This document shows positions 14,629 through 27,600 of a stretch of DNA of 64,000 nucleotides, one piece after another. Position 1 is the stretch's first letter. Every line of letters starts with the position of its first letter. The DNA is taken from NCBI RefSeq assembly GCF_009914755.1, contig NC_060927.1. The stretch is one strand, 5' to 3'. The notes under the pieces are model-generated. The model had not been told where the DNA came from and did no database searches. It was given only the letters and a program-made list of their open reading frames with translations. Made by a program: the position numbers and the translations under genes. The stretch is from the human T2T-CHM13v2.0 reference genome, Homo sapiens.

Positions 14629-14985
14629 TGATATGTTTTGGCTGTGTCCTCACCCAAATCTCATCTTGAATTGTTACACTTCTTGTGTGAAGTGATACAA
14701 TTCAATCACTTTAATTCAAGTGATTGAATTGTATCACTTCTTGTGATAGTGAGTTCTCATGAGATCTGATGGTTTTATAAGGGGGGCTTTTCCCCCTTTG
14801 CATGGCACTTCTCCTTCCTGCCACCATGTGCAGAAGGACATGTTTGCTTCCCTTTCTGCCATAATTGTAAGTTTCCTGAGGCCTCCCCAGCCATGCTGAA
14901 CTGTGAGTCAATTAAATCTCTTTCCTCTGTAAATTACCCAGTCTTGGGTATGACTTTATTAGCAGCACGAGAACAGGCTAATACA
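14629..14985 (+). mobile_element. THE1 (ERVL-MaLR) solo LTR with internal rearrangement
   Basis: TGATATGTTTTGGCTGTGTCCTCACCCAAATCTCATCTTGAATTG...CCCCAGCCATGCTGAACTGTGAGTCAATTAAA...GAACAGGCTAATACA; TG...CA termini. Confidence 0.88.
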
Positions 14986-15668
14986 GACACAAACACAAAC
15001 ACAAGGGCCGGCAGGGGCAAATATTGGATTCCAGGGCTGAGGCACGCCATGGGTACAGAGCAGAAGTGCAGCTGCCAGAATGGGGACCCAAGCAAGGGTG
15101 ATCTGATTTTGAGCAGTACCTCCTTGTGTCACCCAGTCTTGGTTCTAGAGACTTGGAAGGTAAGCCTGTAAATGGAAACAGGCCAGCCAGAGAGGGGAAA
15201 AGGGAACCAGGAAGCAGGCCAGGCTCCAGTCACCAGGTGGTTCTAATTACCTCCTAGATAAATTCCCCTCAAGTCCTTCCCTCCTCCCTCTACAGCTTCA
15301 CTGTTGTGCTTGTTCAGGTTCCCAGCTTCAGCTTTACCTCCTCCTGAAAGCCATCTCTCTTTCCCAAAAGAGGTCTGGTTCCTACAGTTCCTATATCCCA
15401 GGAGTTCTCAAGTCTGGCTGTGGGTCCAAATGGAGAATTTTTTTTTTTTACTTTAAGTTTTGGGATACATGTGCAGAATGTGCAGGTTTGTTACACAGGT
15501 ATACGTGTGCCATGGTAGTTTGCTGCACCTATCAATTTTTCATCTAAATTTTAAGTCCCTCATGCATTAGGTGTTTGCCCTAATGCTCTCCTTCCCCTTG
15601 CCCCCCCAAGCCCCTGACAGGCCCCACTATGTGTTGTTCCCCTCCCTGTGTCCATGTGTTCTCATTGT

Positions 15669-18600
15669 TCAACTCCCACTTATGAGTGAGAACATGCGGT
15701 GTTTGGTTTTCTGTTCCTGTGTTAGTTTGCTGAGAATGATGGCTTCCAGCTTCATCCTTGTCCCTGCAAAGGACATGATCTCATTCTTTTTTATGACTGT
15801 GTAGTATTCCATGGTGTATATGTGCCACATATTCTTTATCCAGTCTATCATTGATGGGCATTTGGGATTTGGGTTGGTTCCAAGTTTTTGCTATTGTAAA
15901 TAGTGCTGCAATAAACATATGTGTGCATGTGTCTTTATAGCAGAATGATTCATAATTCTTTGGGTATATACTCAGTAATGGGATTGCTGGGTCATATGGT
16001 ATTTCTGGTTCTAGATCCTTGAGAAATCACCCCACTGTCTTCCACAATGGTTGAACTAATTTACACTCCCACCAGCAGTGTAAAAGTGTCCCTCTTTCTC
16101 CACAGCCTCACCGGCATCTGTTGTTTCCTGACTTTTTAATAATCACCATTCTGACTGACGTGAGATGGTATCTCATTGTGGTTTTGATTTGCATTGCTCT
16201 AATGACCAGTGATGATGAGCTTTTTTTCATATGTTTGTTGGCTGCATAAATGTCTTCTTTTGAGAAGTGTCTGTTTATATCCTTTGCCCATTTTTTGATG
16301 GGGTTGTTTGTTTTTTTCTAGTAAATTTGTTTAAGTTCTTTGTAGATTCTGGATATTAGATCTTTGTCAGATGGGTAGATTGCAAAGTTTTTCTCCTATT
16401 CTGTAGGTTGCCTGTTCACTCTGATGATAGTTTCTTTTGCTGTGCAGAAGCTCTTTTGTTTAGTTAGATTTCATTTGTCAATTTTGGCTTTTGTTGCAAT
16501 TGCTTTTGGTGTTTTAGTCATGAAATCTGTGCCCATGCCTATGTCCTGAATGGTATTGTCTAGGTTTTCTTCTAGCGTTTTTATGATTTCAGGCTTTACA
16601 TTTAAGTCTTTAATCCATCTTGAGTTAATTTTTGGATAGGGTGTAAGGAAGGGGTCCAGTTTCAGTTTTCTACATATGACTAGCCAGTTTTCCCAAAACC
16701 ATTTATTAAACAGGAAATCCTTTCCCCATTCTTGTTTTTGTCAGGTCTGTCAAAGATCAGATGGTATAGATGTGTGGTGTTATTTCTGAGGCCTCTGTTC
16801 AGTTCCATTGGTCTATATATCTGTTTTGGTACCAGTACCATGCTGTTTTGGTTACTGTAGCCTTGTAGCATAATTTGAAGTCAGGTAACATGATGCCTCC
16901 AGCTTTGTTCTTTTTGCTTAGGATGGTCTTGGCTATATGAGCTCTTTTTTTGTTCCATATGAAATTTAAAGTAGTTTTTTTTAATTCTGTGAAGAAAGTC
17001 AATGGTAGCTTGATGGGATTCCCAATGGTGGGAATAGCATTGAATCTATAAATTACTTTGGGCAATATGGCCATTTTCATTGATTCTTCCTATCCAGGAG
17101 CATGGAATGTTTTTCCATTTGTTTGTGTCCTCTCTTATTTCCTTGAGCAGTGCTTTGTAGTTCTCCTTGAAGAGGTCCTTCACATCTTTTGTAAGTTGTA
17201 TTCTTAGATATTTTATTCTCTTTGTAGCAATTGTGAATGGGAGTTCATTCATGATTTAGTTATCTTCTTGTCTACTGTTGGTGTATAGGAATTCTTATAA
17301 TTTTTACACATTGATTTTGTATCTTGAGACTTTGCTGAAGTTGCTTATCAGCTTAAAGAGTTTTTGGGCTGAGACGATGGGGTTTTCTAAATATACAATC
17401 ATGTCATCTGCAAACAGAGATGATTTGACTTCCTCTCTTCCTATTTCAATATGCACTGTTTCTTTCTATTGCCTGATTGCCCTGGTCGGAACTTCCAATA
17501 CTATGTTGAACAGGAGTGGTGAGAGACACCACTCTTGTCTTGCACTGGTTTTCAAAGGGAATACTTCCAGTTTTTGCCCATCCAGTATAATATTGGCTAT
17601 GGGTTTGTCATAAATATCTCTTATTATTTTGAGATACGTTCCATCAATACCTAGTTTACTGAGAGTTTTTAGCATGAAGGGATGTTGAATTTTATCAAAG
17701 GCCTTTTCTGCATCTATTGAGATAATCATGTGGTTTTTGTCATTGGTTCTGTTTATGTGATGGATTACATTTATTAATTTGCATATGTTGAAACAGCCCC
17801 GCATCCCAGGGATGAAGCCAACTTGATCATGGTGGATAAGCTTTTTAATGTACTACTGGATTCGGTTTGCCAGTATTTTATTGAGGATTTTCACATCAAT
17901 GTTCACCAGGGATATTGGCCTGAAATTTTCTTTTTTTGTTGTGTCTGTGCCAGGCTTTGGTATCAGGATGATGCTGGCCTCATAAAATGAGTTAGGGAGG
18001 AGTCCCTCTTTTTCTATTGTTTTGAATAGTTTCAGAAGGAATGGTACAAACTCTTCTTTGTACCTCTGATAGAATTTGGCTGTGAATCCATCTGGTTCAG
18101 GGCTTTTTTTGGTTGGTAGGCTATTAATTAATGCCTCAATTTCAGAACTTGTTATTGGTGTATTCAGGAATTCGACTTCTTCCTGGTTTAGTCTTTGGAG
18201 GGTGTATGTATTCAGGAATTTATCCATGTCTTCTATATTTTCTAGTTTATTTGCACAGAGGTGTTTATAGTATTCTCTGATGATACTTTGTATTTCTGTG
18301 GGAAGAGTGATGATATCCCCTTTATCATTTTTTATTGCATCTACTTGATTCTTCTCTCTTTTCTTCTTTATTAGTCTGGCTAGCAGTCTATCTCTTTTGT
18401 TAATCATTTCAAAAAACCAGTTCCTGGATTCATTGATTTTTTGAAGGGTTTTTCGTGTCTCTATGTTCTTCAGTTCTGCTCTGATCTTAGTTATTTCTTG
18501 TCTTCTGTTAGCTTTTGAATTTGTTTGCTCTTGCTTCTCTAGTTCTTTTAATTGTGATGTTAGGGTGTAGATTTTAGATCTTTCCCACTTTCTCATGTGG

Positions 18601-19510
18601 GCATTTAGTGCTGTATATTTCCCTCTTAATGCTGCTTCAGCTGTGTCCCAGAGATTCTGGTACGTTATCTCTGTGTTCTCATTGGCTTCAAAGAACTTCT
18701 TGATTTCCTCCTTAATTTCGTTATTTACTTGGGAATCATTCAGGAGCAGGTTATTCACTTTCCATGTAGTTGTGCAGTTTTGAGGGAGTTTCTTAATCCT
18801 GAGTTCTAATTTGATTGCACTGTGGTCTGAGGGATGATTTGTTATGATTTCCATTCCTTTGCATTTGCTGGGAAGTGTTTTACTTCCAATTATGTGGATA
18901 ATTTTGGAATAAGTGCTATGTGGCACTGAGAAGAATGTATATTCTGTTAATTTGGGGTGGAGACTTCTGCAGATCTTTATTAGGTCCACTTGGTCCAGAG
19001 CTGAGTTCAAGTCCTGAATATCCTTGTTGATTTTCTGTCTCATTGGTCTTTCTAATATTGACAGTGGGGTGTTAAAGTCTTCCACTATTATTGTGTGGGA
19101 GTCTAAGTCTCTTTGTAGGTCTCTAAGAACTTGTTTTATGAATCTGGGTGCTCCTATATTGGGTGCATATATATTTAGGATAGTTAGCTCTTCTCGTTGA
19201 ATTGATCCCTTTACCACTATGTAATGCCCTTGTTTTGTCTTTTTTGATCTTTGTTGGTTTAATGCCTGTTTTATCAGAGACTAGGATTGCAACTTGCTTT
19301 TTTTCCCTCTTCATTTGCTTGGCAAATATTTCTCCATCCCTTTATTTTGAGCCTATGTATGTCTTTGCATGTGAGATGGGTATCCTGAATACAGCATATG
19401 GATGGGTCTTGACTCTTTATCTAATTTGCCAGTCTGTGTCTTTTAATTGGGGCATTTAGCCCATATACATTTAAGGTTGATATTATTATGTGTAAATTTG
19501 ATCCTGCCAT
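15669..19510 (-). pseudogene. L1 ORF2 (endonuclease/reverse transcriptase), disrupted
   Basis: Fragments 17853..19217 (EN ...[10 protein letters not shown] region ENFRPISL), 17466..17804, 17046..17252, 16799..17080 and 15669..15851, separated by stops and frameshifts. Confidence 0.92.
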
Positions 19511-19573
19511 TATGATGCTAGCTGGTTATTTTGCCCATTATTTGGTGCAGTTTCTTCATAATGTCATTGGTCT

Positions 19574-20599
19574 TTATATTTTGGTGTGCTTTTTGCAGTG
19601 GCCAGTACCAGCTTTTCCTTTCCATATTGAGCGCTTCCTTTAGTAGCTCTTGTAAGGCCGGCCTGGTGGTGACAAAATCCCTCAGCGTTTGCTTGTCTGT
19701 AAAGGACTTTATTTCTCCTTCACTTATGAAGCTTCATTTGGCTGGATATGAAATTCTGTGTTGAAAATTCTTTTCTTTAAGAACGTTGAATATTGGCCCC
19801 CACTCTCTTCTGGCTTGTAGGGTTTCTGCAGAGCAATCCACTGTTATTCTGATGGGCTTCTCTTTGAAGGTAACCTGACCTTTTTCTCTGGCTGCCTTTA
19901 ACAGTTTTTCCTTCATTTCAACCTTGGAGACTCTGATGATTATGTGTCTTGGTGTTGATCTTCTTATGGAGTATCTTAGTAGTGTTCTCTGTATTTCCTG
20001 AATTTGAATGTTGGCCTCTCTTGCTAGGCTGGGGAAGTTATGCTGAATAATATCCTGAGGTGTGTTTTCCAACTTGGTTCCATTCTCCTTGTCACTTTCA
20101 GGTATGCCAATCAGTCATAGGTTTGGTCTTTTCACATAGTCCCATACTTCGTGGAGGCTTTGCTCATTCCTTTTCATTCTTTTTTCTCTACTCTCATCTG
20201 CATGCCTTATTTCAAGAAGATGGTCTTCAATCTCTGATGTCCTTTTTTCCACTTGATCAATTTGGCTATTGATACTTGGGTATGCTTCACGGAGTTCTTG
20301 TACTATGTTTTTCAGCTCCATCAGGTCATTTATGTTCCTCTCTAAACTGGTTATTCTAGTTAGCCATTTCTGTAACCTTTTATCAAATTTCTTAACTTCC
20401 GTGCGTTGGGTTAGAACATGCTCCTTTAGCTAAGAGGAGTTTGTCATTACCTACCTTCTGAAGCCTACTTCTGTCAATTTCTCAATCTAATTCTCCAACC
20501 AGTTTTGTGCCCTCGCTGGAGAGGAGTTGCAATCATTTGGAGAAGAAGAGGCATTCTGGCTTTTCGAATTTTCAGAATTTTGCACTGGTCTTTCCTCAT
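19574..20599 (-). pseudogene. L1 ORF1 (p40), disrupted
   Basis: Fragments 20115..20321 (…WDYVKRPNL) and 19734..20072 (…QARREWGPIFNVLKEKNFQHRISYPAK). Confidence 0.9.
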
Positions 20600-22499
20600 C
20601 TTCCTGGATTTATCTACCTTTGATCTTTGAGGCTGATTACCTTTGAATAGGGTTTTTGTGTGCGGGTCTTTTTTGTTGTTTTTGTTGTTGCTTTCTCTTT
20701 GTTATTTTTTCTTCTAACAGTCAGGCCCCTCTTCTGCAGGTCTGCTGCAGTTTGCTGGAGGTCCACTCCAGACACTCTTCCCCTGGGTATCATCAGTGGA
20801 GGCTGCAAAACAGCAATGATTGCTGCCTGCTTATTTCTCTGAAAGCTTCATCCCAGAGGGGCACCTGCCAGATGCCAGTTGGAGCTCTCCTGTATGAGGT
20901 GTCTGTCGACCCCTGTTGGGAGGTCTCTCCCAGTCAGGAGGCACGGAGGCCAGGGACCCACTTGAGGAGGCAGTTTGTCCCTTAGCAGAGCTGGTGTGCT
21001 GTGCTGGGAGAATCTCCCTTGTCAGGATCAGCTGCTCACTTGAGAGCCAGCAGGCAGGAAAGATTAAATCTGCTGAAGCAGGGCCCACAGCCGCCCCTCC
21101 CACCAGGTGCTCTGTCCCAGGTAGATGAGAGTTTTATCTGTAAGCCCCTGACTGGGGCTGCTGCATTTCCTGTAGAGATGCCCTGCCCGGTGACAGGAAT
21201 CTAGAGAAGCAGTCTGGCCACAGCCACTTTGCCATGCTGTGGTGAATTCTGCCCAGTCCAAACCTCCCAGTCTCCTTCGCACTGTCGGGGGAAAACTGCC
21301 TACTAAAGCCTCAGTGATGGTGGATACCCCTCTGCTCACCAAGCTCCATCATCCCAGGTCAACTCCAGACTTCTACGCTGGCAGTGAGAATTTCAAGCCA
21401 GTGGTTCTTGGTTTGCTGGGCTTTGTGGGAGTGGGACCTGCTGAGTGAGACCACTTGGCTCCCTAACTTCATTCAGGCCCCTTTCCAGGGGAGTGGACGG
21501 TTCTCCTGTCCCATTGGGGTTCCAGGTGCCACTGGGATATGAAAAATCTCCTGCAGCTAGCTCAGTGCCTGCCTAAACAGCCACCCAGTTTTGTGCTTGA
21601 AACTCAGGGTTCTGGTGGTGTAGGCTCACAAAGGAATCTATTGATCTGTGGATTGCGAAGATCTGTGGGAAAAGCATAGTACCCGGGGCGGGTAGCACTG
21701 TCCCTCATGGCTTCCCTTGGCTGGGGGAGGCAGGTCCCCTGCCACCTTGCACTTCCCAGGTAAAGCCATGCCCCGCCCTGCTTCTGCTTGCTCTCTGTGG
21801 GTTGCATCCACTGCCTAACCAGTTCCGTGAGATGAACTGGTACCTCATTTGGAAATACAGAAATCACCTGCCTTCTGCATTGGTCTCGCTGGGAGCTGCA
21901 GACCAGAGCTGTTCCCATTCGGCTATCTTGGCCCTTACCCAAATGGAGAATTTTTTAAACTAGTGATGCCAAGGCCCCACTCCAGACTGATTAAATCAGC
22001 AGGTCTGTCCTATGCATGCTGATGTATTTGGCTGAGGTCATAATGTCTGCATCTTATTTTCCAAAGCATTTTGTGTGTATTTATATTTCTCTATCTATCT
22101 ATCTAAATGTTACTATGTATATATATATGTGTATTGTACTGTTATTCCACATTTTCTGTATGTTTGACATTTTTCAAAATAAAGATTGAGAAAAAATGAT
22201 GAGTATCTCCAGGATTGGCTGGGTCATCTGTCTTCACAAAGTTTCTGTGTGGTGCTCCTGTCCAGAGCTGGCGAGATTGAGGGCACTTAACGTTTGACAC
22301 ACTGCTTTGACTCTGACTCCCCTAGGAGACTGTCCTACCCTGAGGACAGGGGCCTCGTGTGCCTCAGAACTTTGCATTCCCCTATCCCCCAGCCCTAGAA
22401 TGTGCCTGGCATATAGTGGGCATTGAATACATATTTGATGAGCCTAACCAAAAGGAAGTTACATTCAGGGCAGATAGGTGAATATGTATTTATTATTCT

Positions 22500-22530
<31 letters not shown>

Positions 22531-22606
22531 TTTCGTCACTTATGGAGTGCCTATTGTTTCATGCATGTTTTAGGCACAATGGATCATCTAATGATCTAAT
22601 GAAGGA

Positions 22607-22838
22607 CAGGGTTTCTCACTCTTGGAAGTATGGAGATTTTGGCCCAGATAATTCTTTGTTGTAGGGGGCTGTCCTGCGCTTTGTAGGATGCTTAGCAGCA
22701 TTTTTTATCTTTACTCACTAGATGATAGTAGCAACATACCTCCAACCTCACAAGTTGTGTTAATCAAAACTTTCTCCAGACATTACCAAATGTCCTCTGG
22801 GAGCAAAATTTTAACCTCCAGTTAAAAAGCACTGATCT
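22607..22838. mobile_element. MER20 DNA transposon, near full length
   Basis: CAGGGTTTCTCA...ATAATTCTTTGTTGTAGGGGGCTGTCCTG...TCTCCAGACATTACCAAATGTCCTCTGGGAGCAAAA...CACTG. Confidence 0.75.
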
Positions 22839-22895
22839 GTAAGACAGCCTGCCTTTAAAAAATCTGAACAGTAATGAAGGAAATGGATATATATA

Positions 22896-22898
<3 letters not shown>

Positions 22899-22931
<33 letters not shown>
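22899..22931. repeat. (TG)n microsatellite; a (TCAA)n tract also lies at 22501-22530
   Basis: Read directly. Confidence 0.9.
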
Positions 22932-22932
<1 letters not shown>

Positions 22933-23631
22933 AATGAAAGATAAGATGTGTGAAGGACTGTAATGTATCAGAATGTTATGAAGCATAAGAAGAGAAAAAG
23001 TTAATTTCATTTGGGGGCATTTGGGAAGACATTATTGTAAGCACTGGGTTTGGGTTTTAGTAGCTTTGTGGATGGGAAGCTCTTTCAATGTAATTTCCTT
23101 TCCTAAGCTTCTGCCAGCTTACATCTACACAGCCTGCGGTCACCCTTGTCGTCTTCTGAACCTTGTTTCTTAGACGAAGAAACTGAATCCAAGCGAGTTT
23201 GGATTACTTGAGGTAAGAGGTGGTTTACAACACAGACCTTGGAACCAGACTGCCTGGCTTTGAATCCTAACTCTACCAATTTCCAGTCGTGAGCTTAGGG
23301 CTTGTGATTTAACCTCTTAACACCTCAGTGTCCACATACAGAAAATGGAGCTAATAATAGCTTCTATCATCTCATAGAGTTTTAGTGAGAAATTTACATG
23401 TGTCAAATGTTTAGAACAGCACCTGGCCTCCATATATACATAAAAAACTATGGAAGTGTTTGCTACTATCACTATTGTTACCAAAGCCATCCAGCAACTT
23501 GGTGGCTGAGGTGAAGTGATCAATTGGATCTGCAGTCTCCTGGCCCAGGGTTTTCTCCACTGCAAAGTCTTTTTGCTGGCACCACTGGGAAAGGCAGACC
23601 CCATGAGCACCATTCTCTGTTTAAACTTCAC

Positions 23632-23921
23632 CATCCAATAGAAATATCAAGCAAGCCCCATGTGTAGATTTTCTAGTAGCCACATAAAAAAAGAAAAATG
23701 GATGAAATTAATTTTAGTAATACATTTTATTTTAGCCAATATATGAAAATATTAGTATTTCAATACGTAATCAATAAAAATTGTTAATGAGATATTTACA
23801 TTTTTTTTTCCATACTAAGTCTTGGAATCCAGAGTGTACACATACAGCATATCTCAAGGAGCCACTTTTCAAGTGCTCAATAGGCGCATGTGGCTTGTGG
23901 CTGTCATATTGGAGAGTACAG
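23632..23921. mobile_element. MER3/MER33-like hAT element
   Basis: TCCAATAGAAATA...TTTTCTAGTAGCCACAT...TTTCAAGTGCTCAATAGGCGCATGTGGCTTGTGGCTGTCATATTGGA. Confidence 0.7.
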
Positions 23922-24047
23922 ATTTTCTAAACACTGCAAGGGCTTTCAAGGTGGCCGGACATTCATATTATTTCTGACTATGCCTAGGGGATGACAAATC
24001 AGCGCAAATAGTAAAAGTCTTCTTGAGTTTTTTGCAGGACACTGCAT

Positions 24048-24123
24048 CCCCTTCCCCTTCCCCTTCCCTTTCCCCTTTCCCCTTTCCCCTTTCTCCCTTC
24101 TCCTCCTTCTTCTTCTTCCTTTT
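24048..24123. repeat. Polypyrimidine (CCCTT/CCCCTTT/CTT)n tract at the retrocopy tail position
   Basis: Pure C/T run abutting the 3' end of the RPL28 retrocopy. Confidence 0.9.
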
Positions 24124-24618
24124 GTGAGAAAGCCAGCCGACTATTGCTCGGGGGCAGGCAACTCACAAGCTCTTTGTGGGGCTGGTCAGCTTCCTCTTCA
24201 CCATCACAGACGTCTGGCTGCGCAGGATGGCGCTGGCCTTGCTGATGGCAGCCATGGCAGGTCAGGGCGGTACTTGTTCTTGCGGATCATGTATCTGATG
24301 CTGCTGAGTTTGGCTCCAGCGTTCTTGTTGATGATGGTCCGCACGTAGGAGATGGCAGGCGTCCGCTGGCCGGATCTCCGCTTCGTGACCACCAGGACAC
24401 CTCTGCCATGGGCTGCCGGCTCCACGCCCACAGTCTTGCAGTGAATCAGCCGGTTGTAGCGGGAAGGAGTTGCGGGCCTTCAAGTTATTGGGCTCGGTGC
24501 TGTAGGTGTGTTTATTCCTCTTGATCAGGAAACTGGAGCAGTTCCGCATGATCACCGATTGCAGATGCGCAGACATGGCGGCAGCTCCTCTCACAGCGAA
24601 CGCCGGAGACGGAAGGAG
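24124..24618 (-). pseudogene. RPL28: Processed pseudogene of 60S ribosomal protein L28 (eL28)
   Basis: [38 protein letters not shown] and [42 protein letters not shown] match RPL28; intronless; ATG 24576 to TGA 24163; includes the 5'TOP-like leader CTCCTTCCGTCTC and 3'UTR; frameshifted. Confidence 0.95.
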
Positions 24619-27600
24619 CTGGATACTCTTCTTGCTTGTTCCTATCCCAACTTCATCAAAATAAGGCGACTATTTTTTTTTTAAATGGTAGGAGTTCATT
24701 CATTAGCCTTTCCAACCTTGATTTAACTTAAGTACAGCTTTCAGTAAATCATGACACAACAGCTCCAGATGCCACCCAAGATGTTCAGAGGCGCATATGT
24801 AACCTCTGTGAGCCCGGAGCTCCTGCTTACCCTGCCAGATGAAGCCTTGCCACCTCTTTCCATGGCTAGCCTGGAATCTCCTGCCTTGACTCTTCTGTGG
24901 TGACCTCAGATTGCCTCCTAGGACCTCCTGAGTGGGCCAGCATCATCTGCTCCTCTTCCACCCCAGGAATGGGGAAGGGGATGGAGGCTGAGAACAATTG
25001 GCGACCTGTCTGAGGCCAGGCAGAAATTTGTCACCACTGATGGAACACAAGCTGGCAGGCCCTGGGTGGCCTCTTTAAAATGTTCTGCAGTGCAAGCATT
25101 GCACACTCCTGGCAATTTTGTAAGGGCAGTGTCCAGGACAATAGCAAAGAAATTCTTACCTTGCTTACTGTGAGTCACATGCTGTTCTTAGTGCTTTACT
25201 TTACTGACAAAATCCTCGCCGCAGCCCACTGAGGCTGCTGGTCTTATTAACCCCATTTTACAGATGAGGAAATTGAGATCTGGAGAAGTAAATGGCCTGC
25301 GTAATGTCACACAGATGTAAGAGGCAAAGAGGAGTCAAACCCAGAGTCTGAGTGCCTCGTTGTGCCACAGTGAACCCTTCAGACTTGGGTTGGGCCACCA
25401 GCCTTTGCTTCTCAGTGAGAAATGTAGGTTCCAGGAAGATAGGGTTTCTGTGATTTTGTTCCCTGCTCCGTCCTCACCACCTAGAACCTATTGGTTGACT
25501 GGCTGCCACCTCCTTGCTGCTGGTGGTGTCCAATCTTAGCTCTAGACCACAACTCAGGCCGATGGTTGTTCCACTGGGCGCTTGTCATCCTGCATATGAT
25601 CTGACTTTGACTTCATGCCTTGCCTACTGCTTGCACTTGATTTTTGGCCTCTATGTAAGTGACCAGAGACCTGCCCCAAGGCCAGAGAGGCGTTCAGTTG
25701 CTTGAGGCAACTCAGGCTCAAAGCAGATCTGATCTTGGCATAAGCACATTGAGTCTTATTTCCCTACCCTCTGAATGATGAGGCTGGATCAGGTGAGGCT
25801 GGAGTATCAGTGTTTCCACCCCTTCGCTCCTGGAAGGTTGGGATTGGGGGGTGGAAGAGTGGGGATATGGTACAGGCTGATGGTACAAGGATTTCTGTGT
25901 GCAAGAAAATGTGCTCCATGCCAGTCTTTATGGGTGGTTACAGGGAGGAGTGCCTGGCACCAGCTACCCATCCGAAGACATTTACAGTCTAGCCTGGATG
26001 TAGCAGGTTCCCAGTTGCCCTCCTCCTCCCACCTCTGGCTCTAGCCCAGGCCAGCCTGACTCCAGGTTCCACACTGTTTCCACACTGGCTGTTGGTGCAG
26101 GTCCACCTGAGGAGAAATCACCTTGGCTCCCTTTCTACTCCCCTAATATCTTGTTTTCTGCATCTGAAGACCTCCTGATCTTTCTTCATCTGAATAACCA
26201 CAAAGGGCCCCTTGAATGGTGGAGAGTGTCAAAAGGTGCAGCCTCAGGAGGGCCCTGGAGAGCACAGGGGCCCGTGTTGTCTGAGAACCTGCAGTCTGGC
26301 TGTTCCACTTCTCCCCCTGTGCAGGCTCAGGCTTCCATCTCAGGATGTGCACAGGCCCCAAGTCTGGGGCCCTCACTCTCTGTATACTGCCTTCAGTGGG
26401 AATAAGGGATCCCAGGAGAGGAGGTCTGGAACTTTGTCGGGGGAAGCTGGAGAGCTGGGTTGGGTGGGACACAGGGCCAGCTAAACCCAAGTCCATGGGC
26501 GGGTTTCTTCCCTGAACCTGTTATCCTTTGATTCTCATATGAGGATGTTCCCATGATACCACAGGGCACTGACCAATTCTTTCTCTTATGCACATACATG
26601 TGTGCATGTGCCCAGATATACATGCATACGTGTGTGTGTGTCTTCAAAAAGGGCATGAGGGCAAACCTCTCACAGGATTTAATGTCATGCTTCCAAATGT
26701 GCTCAAGCAAAGTCATCTATCTGGAAACTCTATTTCTCCCAGAGGCTGTTATTCTTTAACTCCCTCAAAATAGGGGTCAGTGACTCTAAATGCAGAGTGA
26801 CAGTTAACCAACTGTGTAACACCAGCCTTAAGGTTCAAAGGCCTTAATGGAAAAGCCAGCTTTTACCCCAAGCATTAGCAGACCAGATGTGGTTTGCAGA
26901 ACTTTCTGGAGCTTTAAACAGTTGGAGGCTATCTGTCCCTTCCGGGGGCACCCTGCTCAGTCAGGATACAGACTTCAGACAGGGAGCCTCCCTCACCACA
27001 GCCTGATGGCTCATCTTCCAAAGGGCTTCCGTGCTTTCATTCTTTGCTAACAAACACAACTGAAATCAGGAGATCTGGATGCATCCTGGACAAGGGAGAC
27101 ACAACACAAATCCCTCTAACAGATTATGGACATGGTGAGCTAGACATGGAGACAGGCCCAGAGCACAGAGAGAGCTGGGATGAAGAATGCCTACCACAAC
27201 CCAGGGGAGGCCTGGGTTTCAGGAACAGGTAACCCCAGGGCCGAGCCTTGAGGGGTAAGTAGGAGTTAACTAGAGAATCCCTAGCAGAAAAGACAGCCAA
27301 GTGTGCAGGTGTGGTCAGCATTGCTGGAGGGTCAGCTAGGACACCCTTGGCAGAGACAAGTTGCAGCCCCCAGGTAGCCATCATGGAAAGCTTTGTGTGC
27401 TGTGGCAGGGAGCTTGAACTTCATCCTGAAGGCAGTGAAGCTCCAGGAGAGCATTGTAACTAAGGCAGTAACACAGACAAACAATAGTAATAGCCAACAT
27501 TTGTGAAATGAATACCTTTTAGATGTCAGGCATTGTTCTAAGTGCTTTGCATGTATTGGTTAACTTATTTAATCCTTTGCAGCAGCCCTATAGAACAATA

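Larger units (their letters stand above)
15439..21938 (-). mobile_element. Full-length LINE-1, L1PA8-like (about 6.5 kb, about 1.3-kb 5'UTR), inactive
   Basis: poly(T) tail at 15438; ORF1 and ORF2 fragments in the track; 5' end ...CAAGATAGCCGAATGGG; 18-bp TSD CCAAATGGAGAATTTTTT at 15426-15443 and 21939-21956; 3'UTR of the L1PA7/8 type. Confidence 0.93.

Noticed and set aside
17853-19217. 454-aa ORF as a functional gene
   Set aside because: Internal L1 ORF2 fragment lacking the N-terminal EN residues and the RT core, with GDFN altered to EDFN
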